From Epiperipatus broadwayi (lineage: Eukaryota > Animalia > Onychophora): a stretch of 64,000 nt of DNA. Below the pieces are notes generated by a model. The model was not told where the DNA came from and did not search any database. It was given only the letters and a program-made list of their open reading frames with translations. Both the position numbers and the translations under genes were made by a program. Location of the stretch: assembly GCA_028023455.1 (NCBI GenBank), contig JAQFVV010000003.1, positions 15,624,001 through 15,688,000 on the forward strand, written 5' to 3'. Below, piece after piece: positions 49,877-62,568 of the stretch; position 1 is the first letter of the stretch, and every line of letters starts with the position of its first letter.

Positions 49877-50556
49877 AAACAGGCAAAACTTTCCATACAT
49901 ATTGCCACTCATTGCAAGCCAGAGTAATCAATGGATGCCAGAAGGCTTGTACATAAAATCCCCATCAAGTGCCTACTCATCCAATATCCCCAGACTAGTT
50001 TCTGGCTTATGGCCTTCATCAGCAAGGAGCCTTGGATCTGAAAGCACTGCACCTAGATCTTAGGATCTAATGCAACCCTTCAGCAGCCACCTTTTACCTC
50101 TACTTAACTACAAAACTATGAGTCTTAAATTTAAAAACACTATAATATTTTCAATTCAAGCTCAATCCTGCCTAATAGGATAATGGTGGCTATGTTTATT
50201 AAAGAATGAAAAACACCAGAATGTATAGGTACTGAACTAAGTTCAGACCTACATGAATATATAAGCTACTGAGCTTGGATTGAAAATATTATAGTGTTTT
50301 CAATTTAAGACTCATAGTTTTGTAGTTAAGTAGAGATAAAAGGTGGCTGCTGGAGGGTTGCATTAGATCCTAAGATCTAGATGCAGTGCTCTCAGATCCA
50401 AGGCTCCACACTGACAAAGGCCACAAGCCAGAAACTAGTCTGGGGATATTGGATGAGTAGGCATTAGATGGAAATTTTATGCACAAGCCTTCTGGCATCC
50501 ATTGATTACTCTGGCTTGCACTGAGTGGCAATATGTATAGAGAGTTTTGCCTGTTT
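49877..50556. mobile_element. Hammerhead-bearing repeat family B: two ~290-bp arms in inverted orientation around a ~105-bp spacer
   Basis: 49877-50164 is the reverse complement of 50270-50556 with scattered substitutions. Each arm has one hammerhead motif. Confidence 0.9.
49987..50028 (-). ncRNA. Minimal type I hammerhead motif with intact core (family B)
   Basis: tccttg CTGATGA a-ggc-cataa-gcc-a GAA ACTAGT C tgggga. Stem I needs three G-U pairs, A-A at the base of stem II. Confidence 0.6.
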
Positions 50557-50939
50557 AATAACAGTTATGAGCAAGCATAAGAAATGGTGATCATTTTATG
50601 CTTTCTGTCCTACATTTTTCTATGCACAATTTGTTTTTTGAATGAAAATTAAGTAATTTATTTACTAAATGTGAACACATACTTGTTTTTCAATCAATCT
50701 CTGGTTGATGATTCATTTAATTAATGGTTTGACAGCATGGACTGATTAACTTTATATACAACTTTAGCTCACTTTCTATGGCTATTTTTAACTTTATTTT
50801 GCCAAATGTACAGTTATTTTATTAAAAAAAAACACGTACCAAATAATGCTGTTACCTTTAGAAATTTAAAACTAAAATATTCATATAACTTTAATGATTA
50901 TAACAGATATAATAGTAAATTAAGTATATACATTAATAT

Positions 50940-52350
50940 AAAATCATTGTTAAGATAAAACAGAGCATATAAAAAAGCCTAATAAATAGGCACTTAAAGT
51001 TTGATTGAAATATTCAGATCACGGAAAGTTTATGGTGTTAAAAGTTCAAATAAATCAACCACTTATGTAATGAATCCAGAATTCATGAAGAAGCAAATAG
51101 AGTTATGTTTAGGAATGGAGCTTCCTATTTATTCATTTTGAAGTATAAGCTTTGTTTCTTGCATTCTCCCATGAAAATAGTTTATACATCATTTAAGTAT
51201 TGGCATAATTTACCATTTTTCTCTTCTTGTTGAACAAGCCTGTTTTTTCAGGCATGGCACTACATCATAGATTTTAGGCATTTGGAATATCAGCTTAATG
51301 CATGAGTTCTGTTTGTATAGTTATATATATATTCACTTTCAAAAAAAACTACTTAATTAGAACAGACAGGCCAACTTCTGCTGGTAAAGGTGAGCAGACA
51401 ATCTATCTTGTAGAGAATCATGAAGACTATCATTAAGAGATTAACTGATTGAAAAGGGGTGTGCTGTTTCTTAGCCAACAATTATTTGATGCCCATGTTG
51501 TTAGCTCTCTGAGCAGAGCTTTTTCTAAGCTTCTTCTAACCTAATCAAATTTCAGAGATTGGTACTGACAAGATAATATGTTTTTTTGCAAGTATTTATA
51601 TAAAATTCAGAAACCTTTTATTAAGTAAACTACAAAGAATCTACAAAAATTTCTAACTTTAAGTTAATTTGGAAATATTTGAGAACTTACTTCATTAATT
51701 TTTTACAGTATCAGACATGTTTTGTAAATCTCCCAGTTTATTCTTAATAAATTATATTATATAGTAGCTTTTTTTTTTTACAATTTTGATTTTAATCTCC
51801 TTTGAATGGCTTAATTTATTCTTCTTCTTTTATTATAATAAAATGAAGAAAATTTTACCTGCAAGCACAAAATAAATTTCTTACTTAAAACTAAATTTTA
51901 ACTTTATCAAAGATAAAAAAAAAAAAAGTAATTTCATTAGATAATAAAATACAAGAACTGATCATTTTTAATGCTTATTAGTTAGATAGTGGAATTAAAT
52001 TTCTTACTTAAAAATATTTTAATTCAATACTTTAGGAAATTGTTTAGATAAAAAAAAATTTGTAGAAAATGGCTACAAGAAAAAAAAAAGAATTAAAGAA
52101 CATTATTTTTTCAAATAATCCACACATATGCACATACATTAATTTCTCATGTGATGTATTCTTATAACAACTCAATGCTGTACTTTCTGCTTAAATTCAC
52201 ACACACACACACATATATATTATTTTTATTATGATTATATATATAAAACTTTAGTTAATCTATAGCTTTAGAGTTTATAAATTGGTGGTTCTGAAAGATT
52301 TTACTATCTCTATAATATAAATATAGGCCAGTACATATAATATACTTGTC
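50940..52350 (+). repeat. Copy A of an old ~1.4-kb duplicated segment
   Basis: Collinear similarity to 57540-57890, 60290-60990 and 61850-62150 (for example ataaataggcacttaa..tttgattgaaatattcaga; cttctgctgg; gtactttctgcttaaattca). Confidence 0.8.
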
Positions 52351-54906
52351 CGACCAAAAAAAAAAAAAAACAATAATGCCCATAGTTTGTCTTACACGTG
52401 AAGCTAGAAAAAAATACAAAAAATCTTGATTTAAGTTAAAAAAATTATTTTCTTCTCACTGTTTCTAAGGTTGCTCCTGGAAAATCTCACTCTAGAATCA
52501 TCCCGTTGAAATCCTCTTTAGATTTCAGATTTATGCTTAAAGTTTGATGCTTCACCTAAGTGTACTCTCGGCTGTATTCATCATAATTGTTGGAAGCATA
52601 TGGATGATGCCATAATTACTTCTTGTATTTCTTACCCTGCCTAGTGGCCTGTTTAAGATAAGATGACTGAATATTGGATTGATCAGATCATATTTTATTG
52701 GTTGTTTTTGGTATATTGTTAATGACAAATGTAATTCAGCCACTTCGTCAATATATTTGTCAATGTTTTTTCTAACCTACATGACTTATCACCTAATTAA
52801 AACACTTTATCTTTCTATGCTTTTTCCATTTTATATTTGGTTATTTCTTTTTAATAGTACCTACTGAGGTTTTATGCTGACATGACATGTTATCTCTTTT
52901 AAAAATGACCTTGACATCAATATACTATATGTATTTTCCAAATTAGTCTCACAAGATAAAATAACTAATTATTGTGTTTTGACAGTTTGTTGTACTTCAG
53001 TTGCCATGAGTGACATTACTTTAATTTTTGTTTAAAAAGTTGAATGTAATGCAAATATGGTGCAAACTTCTGGAAAATTATCTTGCTGCTCTCATTGAAT
53101 TCTTCAAACAATGCATTCAATGTTGCCTAATTTTCTTAAAATGTTACTATCCACCTTCATTTTTTCAAATAGAGGAATCTGATTTTTAGTTTGGAATGTG
53201 TTTATTAGATTATGCACAGAATCATTCAAACTGTTGGTGAAATCATCACCCTGCTTTCTATAGAAAGCAAATCTCTTTTATACATAAAGAATTCCTTCAC
53301 CAGTTAACTCAATAAACAACATCTTAGTATCTGCCACCTTTTTTTATACCAATGCTCTATGTAAAGCTCTCAGTGAGCATCAACACAATTCATGCAATCA
53401 TGATTCACATTCATTTGCTTTAATAAATCTACAGTTTATTGCCCAAATTTTGTTTTTTCTTATTTTCTATTTCTTCTATTCTTAATAGTTTTAGTTCATT
53501 GTTTGTCTCCTTTCCTGACTCAACAAATTTGACCTCTATAATATTATATTTTTCAATTTCTTTACTTAGCTCTTTTTTGTAATATTTTCTGATTCATATT
53601 TTTCTATGACATATTCTTCACTAAGATAATTATTATTTTTATTAACTTGATATCTGTCTGTAATGCTCTTGATATTATTCTTATATTTGTTCTCTATAAG
53701 TTCTTGAATATCATCTTGATTATCTTCATCTTTCATTATGTTTGTATTATCTTGCCCTGATTTCTTAGTGGAAACAATATCATTTGTATAAACCTCATCT
53801 TTAATTTTAGTATCTTTTATTTATCTTTGTCATATCTGGATGTTGAATAATCCATCATGGATTTGAAATAACATTTTTTTTTTTGGTTTTGTGCCAAATC
53901 TCCCATTAGTTTCAATACCTGTTTTTGACATTGTTATGAATCTTCCCTCATTTTTATAACATCTGTTCTATCAAGGCTGCTTGTTTTCCATACACTACTT
54001 TGTTTGGCTTTTTGAAAATGAATTCCGAACTTTCTTTTTCAACTGATTCATCCACTGACTCTGGATTTTCATTCTCATGATCTGCCATGTCAAATTCTCT
54101 CCTATCTTCTTCAATGCTATTATTCATCTTATTAAATGCTTTAATTGATTTTGGAAAATCTGTTTGTTAACTTTTGATCTTTTTCAAGTTAGAATGAAAT
54201 TTTAAAATCAATGTTTAATATATTTAAATTTAATAGAATTGCTTAAAAATTTCTGTATAACCAAGTTATAATATCTTAATCTATTTGAAATAATCATCAT
54301 TTCAGTACACCAACTAGTTTGATAGATATGAAAGAGATTTGTTGTTTAGGGAAATGAAAGAAGAAATATTCAGAGAAATAAAAGAACAGAAAGAAAGATA
54401 ATAAAAAAGAGTGTAAGAAACTCAAATGCTGCTAAAAAATTGAAAGCTGTTGAAAAGGCAGCAGAACAAAGGGAAGAGGATAAAGTTAACAATTATCCTT
54501 AGAATTTTCATTTGGTTTAAATAATGGTCGCAAGAAGACAGTTTAATTTTTTTTCTGTTAATATAATAACAATTTTTTGAAATATTTTGAACTCTTAATG
54601 TATATTTATTATTATATAATAATAAAAGTAATAAACTAATATGAGCTTTGTGGATCTTAACAATAAATGAATACTCTCATTTTCCAATAGAAGATAAAGT
54701 CTGTGTGAAAGAATAGAATGAATACCTATTCTTTCAATTCAAAAACAATGTGCTATATAAAATAAATATCTGATTTAAATAATAAAAGTAATGCATTTTA
54801 ACTTATAACAGAAGTATCTACTATATATATCAACTATAAGTGTCCAATCAATTACATTTTCAATAAATGTCCCAATACTAAAAACGTAAAAATGTAGAAA
54901 TAAATT

Positions 54907-55210
54907 ATTATTTTTATATTAAATGCTTTTATTGACTATGCACTAAAAAGAAATAAAATAATTGTTTCTTAAACCACAATTGGAGTTTTTAGATTTAATT
55001 TAAAATAAAAGTGGGGTTGGGGGGGGGGGGTCCAGAAATGAATTAAGTCAGCCCTTATTTTTTTTATAACAAGAAATAGGCTTAATTAATTTCTGGAACT
55101 CCATATTTTTATTTCAATTTAAATCTAAAAACTTCAATTATGTTTGAAGAAACAGTTATTTTATTTGTCTTTAGTGCATAGTCAATAAAAGCATTTAATA
55201 TAAAAAAATA
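54907..55210. mobile_element. Palindromic MITE-like element, ~150-bp arms
   Basis: atattaaatgcttttattgactatgcactaaa mirrored by tttagtgcatagtcaataaaagcatttaatat; tttttagatttaa mirrored by ttaaatctaaaaa. Confidence 0.8.
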
Positions 55211-57539
55211 TTTCTGTTATTTTTATTAAATTTTATTTTAATTAATCATCTACGTTCCCAATCAATCATCCAACCAACTCAGTATTCACTGATCCTCTAT
55301 TAAAATGGTCCACTTCTTGTCTGCCTTTATTTCTTTGTTTTTATCTTTAGTATTTCATGGAAGATGACTAACAACAACAAAAGAAACTTTTACATCTGTG
55401 ATAATATAAATAATGGAAATATACAAATATATATATATAACAATACTGTGTATGGCTCATCTTGAATTTCCCTGTTGTACACCAGTTTCTATATAAAGAA
55501 GAAAAAACTTATTAGTGTGGGTAACCTTATATTTAAGGCTCACATGGTTAACCTTTGACCCCTCACCATAAATTCCAACACAAGAAAATTATTTAGTAGG
55601 TAAAATAATATCTCAGGATTAGATGCTTATTAATCAAGCTCTCACATTAGTAGCACCATCTTCAAAAACAAATTAATGGCTATAATCAGAACATTATGCT
55701 TTGCTAGTGTGTTTAATATAATAAAAGGAAAATGAACCTTTCTCAGAGTTATGTGGTTATTAGTTGAACCCTACATTGGATGTGAAATTAAAAAAATAAT
55801 ATGTAACAATCAAAAATCTGTAGTCTATAACAGTTGATAGCCCAATGAACTTTAATTATATGAATACCTTCCCATGACTACAAATACAGATCATACCAAC
55901 CATTTTCTCTTTTCAGCCCTATAGGTCAGTGAAACATACAAGACACTAGTTAAATAAATAAACATAAATAATGCAGTTAGTTCAAATAAATAAAGGAAAT
56001 ACATATTATTAATGCTGTGGAGATATATTAGTATGCAAAGGAATTTATTTGCATAACATGGAATGTTGGGTGTTAAATTATCATCTTCATGAACTTACTG
56101 CTCTATTAATTTATTATTAATGGTAATTGTTACACCATTGAATTTTTATACTTTATTATCCTTTATAATATTAGATTAACATATATTGTTAATTACATTA
56201 TTAAATTAAGGCTTCATATCTTAAACTAAGTTTAAATTTAAAATAAATATTATTGTGTAAATAACAAGTGAGTAAGATAATGAATATAATTAGGTTACAT
56301 TACTCTCATGGCATATAATTATCCTTGGATGGATGGTATCGCAAAATAAATTATATTATTATTAGTTATCTTCAAATTTTTTCATATAGAATGATTAATT
56401 TTACTTTCATAATAAAAATTAATGTATAGTCATTAATGAATTAGAAATATCTCATAGTATGAGTTATTCAGAAGATAACTTTTTATCAGGTGAATGAGTT
56501 GGATTTCATTGTGATGAAAGAAAAAAAACTAATATAATAGTGAGGCTGTAAAATGAATGAGAAGAAGTATCTGCTTATGACGTTCACAAAATCTGAGAAT
56601 TATAATATCACAAAGTGATTATTGTATTCTGGGATCCACTTAGATATACAAGAGAGTGGTAGAACCACACCTTTTATTTTATTGCAGATATCATTGTTTG
56701 CTGTTACTATGGTTGTATATATATATTAAAATGACCGCCTGCATATAAAACAACTTCCAGTATATGGTTTTAAAATGTATCTGGTAACAATATTTCAATT
56801 AACACTTAAATATGAAAATCATTTCTCAGCACATGTCAAATCATTGGTCATACAATATAAGAGCGACCTGATCAAATGACGTTGATATATTTAGGGTAAA
56901 CTATAATTAAAATCTAAATACTAATTAATCTAAAAAAATATTTGGGCTGGTATTATACGTTTAGTGATAGGATCGACAACACTGTTAGAAGTAGGAATGA
57001 TTTCTTTTTTTTTCCTTTTTTTTAAGAGAAAAAAAAACAATTCAATAAGGATAATTTTGTACAACTTTGTTTGGGTGCATGGATATTCAGTTGGTAAATC
57101 ACTTAGTATCGATTGTTATGAATTGACAATTTAACATTAGATTTAATTTCTCCTCTCTTTATTTTTATAATTGTAATTGTAACTATAAAATTTATTCAAT
57201 CATTAAATGACTAACATACTTTGATGTGAATATGTTTGAGTATATCCCCAAACCCAAGCTATTAATTACATTTTTTCTAATTAAAAAAAATTACATATTT
57301 AATCGAAATAATAATGTGGTACGAGTTTTAAAAAAGATAAAAGTAATTGTATATGTTAACATCTAACACAACAATTCTATATATATATTCTAGATAATTT
57401 GCAGGTTAAATAATTAAGATTTCTTGACCTTGTGATTTATTTTAAATAAGATTTAAAAAATAAAATATTCATATAATCTTTATAATTATATAGACATAAT
57501 AATAAAATAAATAGTTGAAAATAAAATATATATATATTA

Positions 57540-60500
57540 ATATAAAACCCAGAGCTTATAAAAAAACAAAAAAAAACAGATAAATAGGCACTTAACATTT
57601 GATTGAAATATTCAGACTATAAAAAGTTTATGGTTTCAAAAGTTCAAATAAATCAACAACTTACAGACTGAATACAGTTTAAAGAAGAAAAAACAGTTGT
57701 GTTTAGGAATGATGCTTTCTGTTTACTCAATTTGAAATATTAGTTTCATTCCTTGCATTTTCTTATGAAGAGTTGGCACTTATTTAGTTACTATTTTCCT
57801 TCTTGTTGAACAAAGCTGTTCATTCAGGCATAGCATTATAGTATAGATTTCAGACATTTGATTTATCAGCTTAGTGTATTAGTTCTGTGTTTTTGATATT
57901 AAAATGATTAATTTATGATGTAGTACTGGGATCAACTTTATGCACCAGATTAATTGCATATTATATTATACAAAGAATCAAGTAACCATTCATGGAGAAA
58001 ATTTTGAATTTTCTTCTGCCAAAGTATACTAATTCAATGAAATTAACTGTTTAAAACTTGTTGAGGAGCCTCAAGATGTACTAGATAATGCTAATATGGG
58101 AAAGTTGGCCCCAAGGAATATGGGAAAAAACTATGATATAGTGGATCAATACTATGAAATATTAGAAATACAAGGCATTATTTCTGTATATGTACATCAA
58201 TAATCTCAAGGCCATTGAGTACCGATCTCATCAAACCAGATCATACTTAATACCTCATCAATATAAGGCTTTAGTTTTAAGTGCTATGCCCTTTAGTTTC
58301 TAAGACTCCAATTATGTAATTGTAACACTGAGATTAAGCACAAATAAAGGCATGTTCACAGTATAGGTTTTATGCTGCAGTAGATGAAAGATGGGTTTGA
58401 ACCTGGGTATCATATCAAGATATTAAATACTATAATAATGTCTACACAATGTGTACCATAAACTTTGGTTCAAATAAATAATAAGTTGAATGGTTAATAA
58501 AATTCATATTTTAATTCAAATATATAATAATGTTAATTCATGTGATAATTATTTATAATTTATAAGTACAAGTACTCCCAAAAGTATTTTATTTGTTTGT
58601 TTTTTTTAATTTTAATATATGTATAAAAGAACCCCAAAATCACCAAACTTTTAAAAAGGAAAATTTGTTCTTGGAATATTTTAAAAGGAACAATCATCAT
58701 CAATTATTACTGCCATGCCAGCATATCTCTCAATGAATTGCATGATTTCTCAGGGCTGTGGATATTAACTAGCATAAGTGTGTAAAAATTGTATATTTGG
58801 ATTGAATTACAAACACAAACTAAATGGATTAATAAAAAAGAAAATTTAACAATTTATTAATAATGAATAAATAAAACTGTTGCATATATACTTGCAACTA
58901 TCAATACATACACAAAAATATTACAATAGCAAAAGATATTTTAAGTTTAAGGTATAGTTCACGTTAAATGATTTATAGTATTTCTAATGATAAGATCTTT
59001 CCATGTTAAGTATTGAAACAGTCACTACCCATGATTTTTCAGTTACCATTTTTTTAATATTTTACTGTTGTCTTCCTTAATTTTTCCAATTTATGATCTT
59101 CTCCTTAAACAGGTTGATGTTAGAGAGAATAAATACAGCAGCACTGATGAAATTCTATAAGGTATACTACATGTAGGTTTTGAGTAATTTATATGGCATT
59201 ATCCATTTCTTCCATTATGGCATTATAGAGGCATTGCACAAGCTGGTTTTTCAAATTTCAGCACTAATTTCTGGATCTGATTTTCCAGATTGTTTTGAAT
59301 GGCGTGATTTTTGGTTATCTTTTAAATAAATTCATCATACTGATTGTTGTAACTGGAGTATTGAAAAATGCTTTAAAAACAGTCAGTAAAATATGACTTA
59401 TAGTGGAATAAGAGTTTTAATTTAATGGTTCTCTTTTCCGCATGAATCATGGCAATACAGTTTCAATAGTAAACTGCACTATAACGAAAACAATGTGGAA
59501 AGAATTGCTAGGCTCCTAGAATTAGAATGATAGTAATAAAATGTCTAGTTGCTTATTTCAGATCTATTTATGTTTGATTGATATTGTTCACAGAATATGG
59601 TTTTCAAAGAACATATACATTACCAGCTAGAGAATATATGATCTTTGTCATTATAACAATATATATTTTTTAAAAACACCCTGTTTATTCTCTTCAAAAT
59701 ATGTTGTGGATATAAATTTTATGTATATTTTATCATGTTTTTTTATAAATAAAAGATGAAGAGAAAAAAGTTTTTCTCTTCTCTCTCTTTATTTACATTT
59801 CACAACATAGGAAAAAAAAAAATTATCAACTTTAAAATTTTTAATTACTTCTAAAATATTATCAATTCCAAAATTTTAATATTATTTTCAAATCCACCAT
59901 CAGATTTTTTATAAAAATGGACAAGTTGTTTAATTAAAACTTCCATTTGAAAAGCAGATAATATAAGGTTTAAATTTAGATTAAAAAAAAAAAAATACTA
60001 CACAATTCAAATTATATCAAAAGCATTTTCTCCTTTTTATAATATTATTACCATTCTCTTGTTTCTCACATATTACAAAGAAATATTATCAATCTTTAAT
60101 AATGTGCATGAATTAATATTTTATCTTACCTGTTTGGCAGTTTACATTTTTAGTTTTCAAATAACATGCACCTATGCACTCATACTCAAATGACAGTTTA
60201 TATACTTATTAATCAGTTTTCATGAGTTTTTATTAAAAACATTTTTCTCTCTTCATTGTTATAGTATAACCAATCTGGGCTACAATATATTCCCTTTCAA
60301 AAACTATTTGAAAGATTCAGGCAGACAAACTTCTGCTGGAAAAATGTGTTGACAATCCCTTTTGCAGGGGACTATGAAGATCACCGTTGGTAGATTATTT
60401 GACAGGAAATTGATGTGCTGTTCCTTAGCTGATGGTTATTCTTACACACATGTTGCTAGCTCTTTTAGCACAGCTTTTCATAATCAAATTTGAGAGATTG

Positions 60501-62150
60501 AACTTGATAGTGGGTTTTTACATGTATTTACGCAAAATTTGGAAACTTAAAACTTTAATTTGAAAATGGTTTAAACTTAATTAAATTTTTACAGTATAAG
60601 ATAAAACAACATATGTGTTTGTAAATGTCCTATTTTATTTTTAATTAGTTACATTTTGAAATAGTTTTTTTTTATCACATTTTTTATTTTAATCTTCTCT
60701 GAATAGTTTAATTTGTTTATTTATTTTATATTTAATTTGTTTTTTCTCTTTTATTGTAAGAAAATGAGAAAATTTTTACATGCAAGGATGAAAGAAATTT
60801 CTTATTTAAAACTAAATTTTAATTTTGTCAAAGATAAAATAAAAACAATGCCATATAAAATTACAGTAAATTGAATTCAAATCAATTAAATAATAAAAAA
60901 AGAACTAATAATTTTTAGTGCTTATCAGTTAGATAGAGGAATTAAATTAGTTAATTAAAAAAATGTTCAAATTTGATGTTTTAGGAAATTTTTTAGACCA
61001 TACAAGCTGCCTGCTGATGCTTTACACTCTTTAATACACATAAATATGCCTTTCTTTATTGTTCTATTTATGATATTACAAAAAAAAGTCTACATTAATT
61101 ATTGTCTTATATCTTTATTGTCCGATGTCTGGTATTATATTTATATATATATAAAATAAGTCTACATCAATTTATCTACTTATTTTTTATTGGAAATGAA
61201 CAAGTTCTTTTTTATTTTTGCTTTTAAAAACACATTTTTATTTTAATAACCTTTCCGTGCTGGACTTGTTTTTTATTGTGCAATTTCAGGGTCAGGAAGG
61301 GGAAATATGTCAGTGCATAGCGATGGAATGTGCAGGGGGGGACGATATTTTTGATGATCCAAAGGATCATCCAAAAGATGCAGTAGCAATGCAACCTCAG
61401 CCATTTGAGTGTCTCTTATGTGTTCTCATGCAAAGCTAAGTTTTTGCATGAGTTCTCTGCAATGGTGCTGGTGCCTACCCTTTTCCAATTGTTAAAAACC
61501 TTAAAAGTTGTGTATAGAAGTGCAGAAATGCATTTAAAATTATTACTATGTAATACTATGTCAGCTAGGGTGTAAGATCATTACTTGGAATGTACATTTT
61601 AAGAATTATGGCCAGTTGATTTCTAGACATCCTCGCATGATATGATAGTGATCTGTGCACATTTGCAGAGTTTCACAAAGCACATCAGTGGATTGTAAGA
61701 TTGGTGTGCAATGACATCTAGGCCTGCTAATGGCTAATATGAACAGAACTGTTCTAGAGGCTGTAAGTTTGACCATATAAATGGTATTTTTATGTGTTTT
61801 GGCATATAAAAAGTGCCATCAGGCAGCTTGTATGGTCTAAAAAATAAGTAGCAATTGTTTAGATAAAAAAAATTTTAGAAAATATTTGCAAGAAAAAAAA
61901 AATTAAAGAAAATGTTTCTATTTCCCAAAAACAACACATTCACTTACTTAATTAATTGCTCACGTGATATATTTCTGTAATAACAGAGTTGTACTTTCTG
62001 CTTAAATTCATTAATTTAACACACATATATATATATTAGAAAATTATATTTAATCTATGATATAGTCCTAGATCTTACAAATTAGTGATTTCTGAAAGCT
62101 TTTTACTCTCTATGAAGTCAATATATGCCCATGCATATATTATACTTCAA
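57540..62150 (+). repeat. Copy B of the duplicated segment, split by two later insertions (~57900-60290 and 60989-61844)
   Basis: Three blocks match consecutive parts of 50940-52350 in the same order and orientation. Confidence 0.75.
60989..61844. mobile_element. Non-autonomous TIR element (~855 bp), superfamily unassigned
   Basis: ttttttagaccatacaagctgcctg(c)tgatg versus catcaggcagcttgtatggtctaaaaaa. Absent at the equivalent position of copy A (~52040). Confidence 0.75.
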
Positions 62151-62429
62151 TATATATAACTATTGTATCAATATTGCTTAATATATATACTGATGCCATT
62201 AAATAGAAATGATTTTTCAAAACTTGTTTGTAAGTGATAACAGTTTCAATTACTTATGAAAATGATTTAATGGCAATTGAAAAATAGACACAAATAAGAT
62301 ATTAAAAATTTCATTTATGAATAGGAATGTGAGTGGAAGGTATAATTTAATTTATCAATTAATTTTAATTTTTTTTTCATCTGTTTATTTTTTTGCCTCA
62401 AACACTTTACCTTAAAATATCTTTTTTAG

Positions 62430-62568
62430 ATATCTATTTGTTGGGAGCCAGGGGACTGCCACAGCAGTGTTTTAATACAAAGTTATGTAGTCTTGGTAGA
62501 TAAACAAACATTTGGATTACCTTTAAATGCAAACTGTCGAGAAACAACAATTAGTAATTTTGAACCAG
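62430..62568 (+). CDS. FN3-like exon (ISICWEPGD...QSYVVLVDKQTFG...TISNFEP); gene continues beyond the window
   Basis: atcttttttAG acceptor, CAG|GTAAAT donor, phase 0 to 1. Joins in frame to GENQ. Echoes the W..Y.V.V....FG pattern of the 31621 exon. Confidence 0.9.

Noticed and set aside
58370-58460. Second tRNA-derived SINE on the minus strand
   Set aside because: Only a B-box-like GGTTCAAACC is clear; the A box is not supportable.
61218-61439. 73-aa ORF as a host-gene exon
   Set aside because: Lies inside the TIR element, ends in a stop, and the flanking FN3 exons already join in frame without it.
10571-62568. Naming the FN3 gene (for example RIM-binding protein)
   Set aside because: Only generic FN3 motifs are visible; no SH3 or other diagnostic domain in the window.
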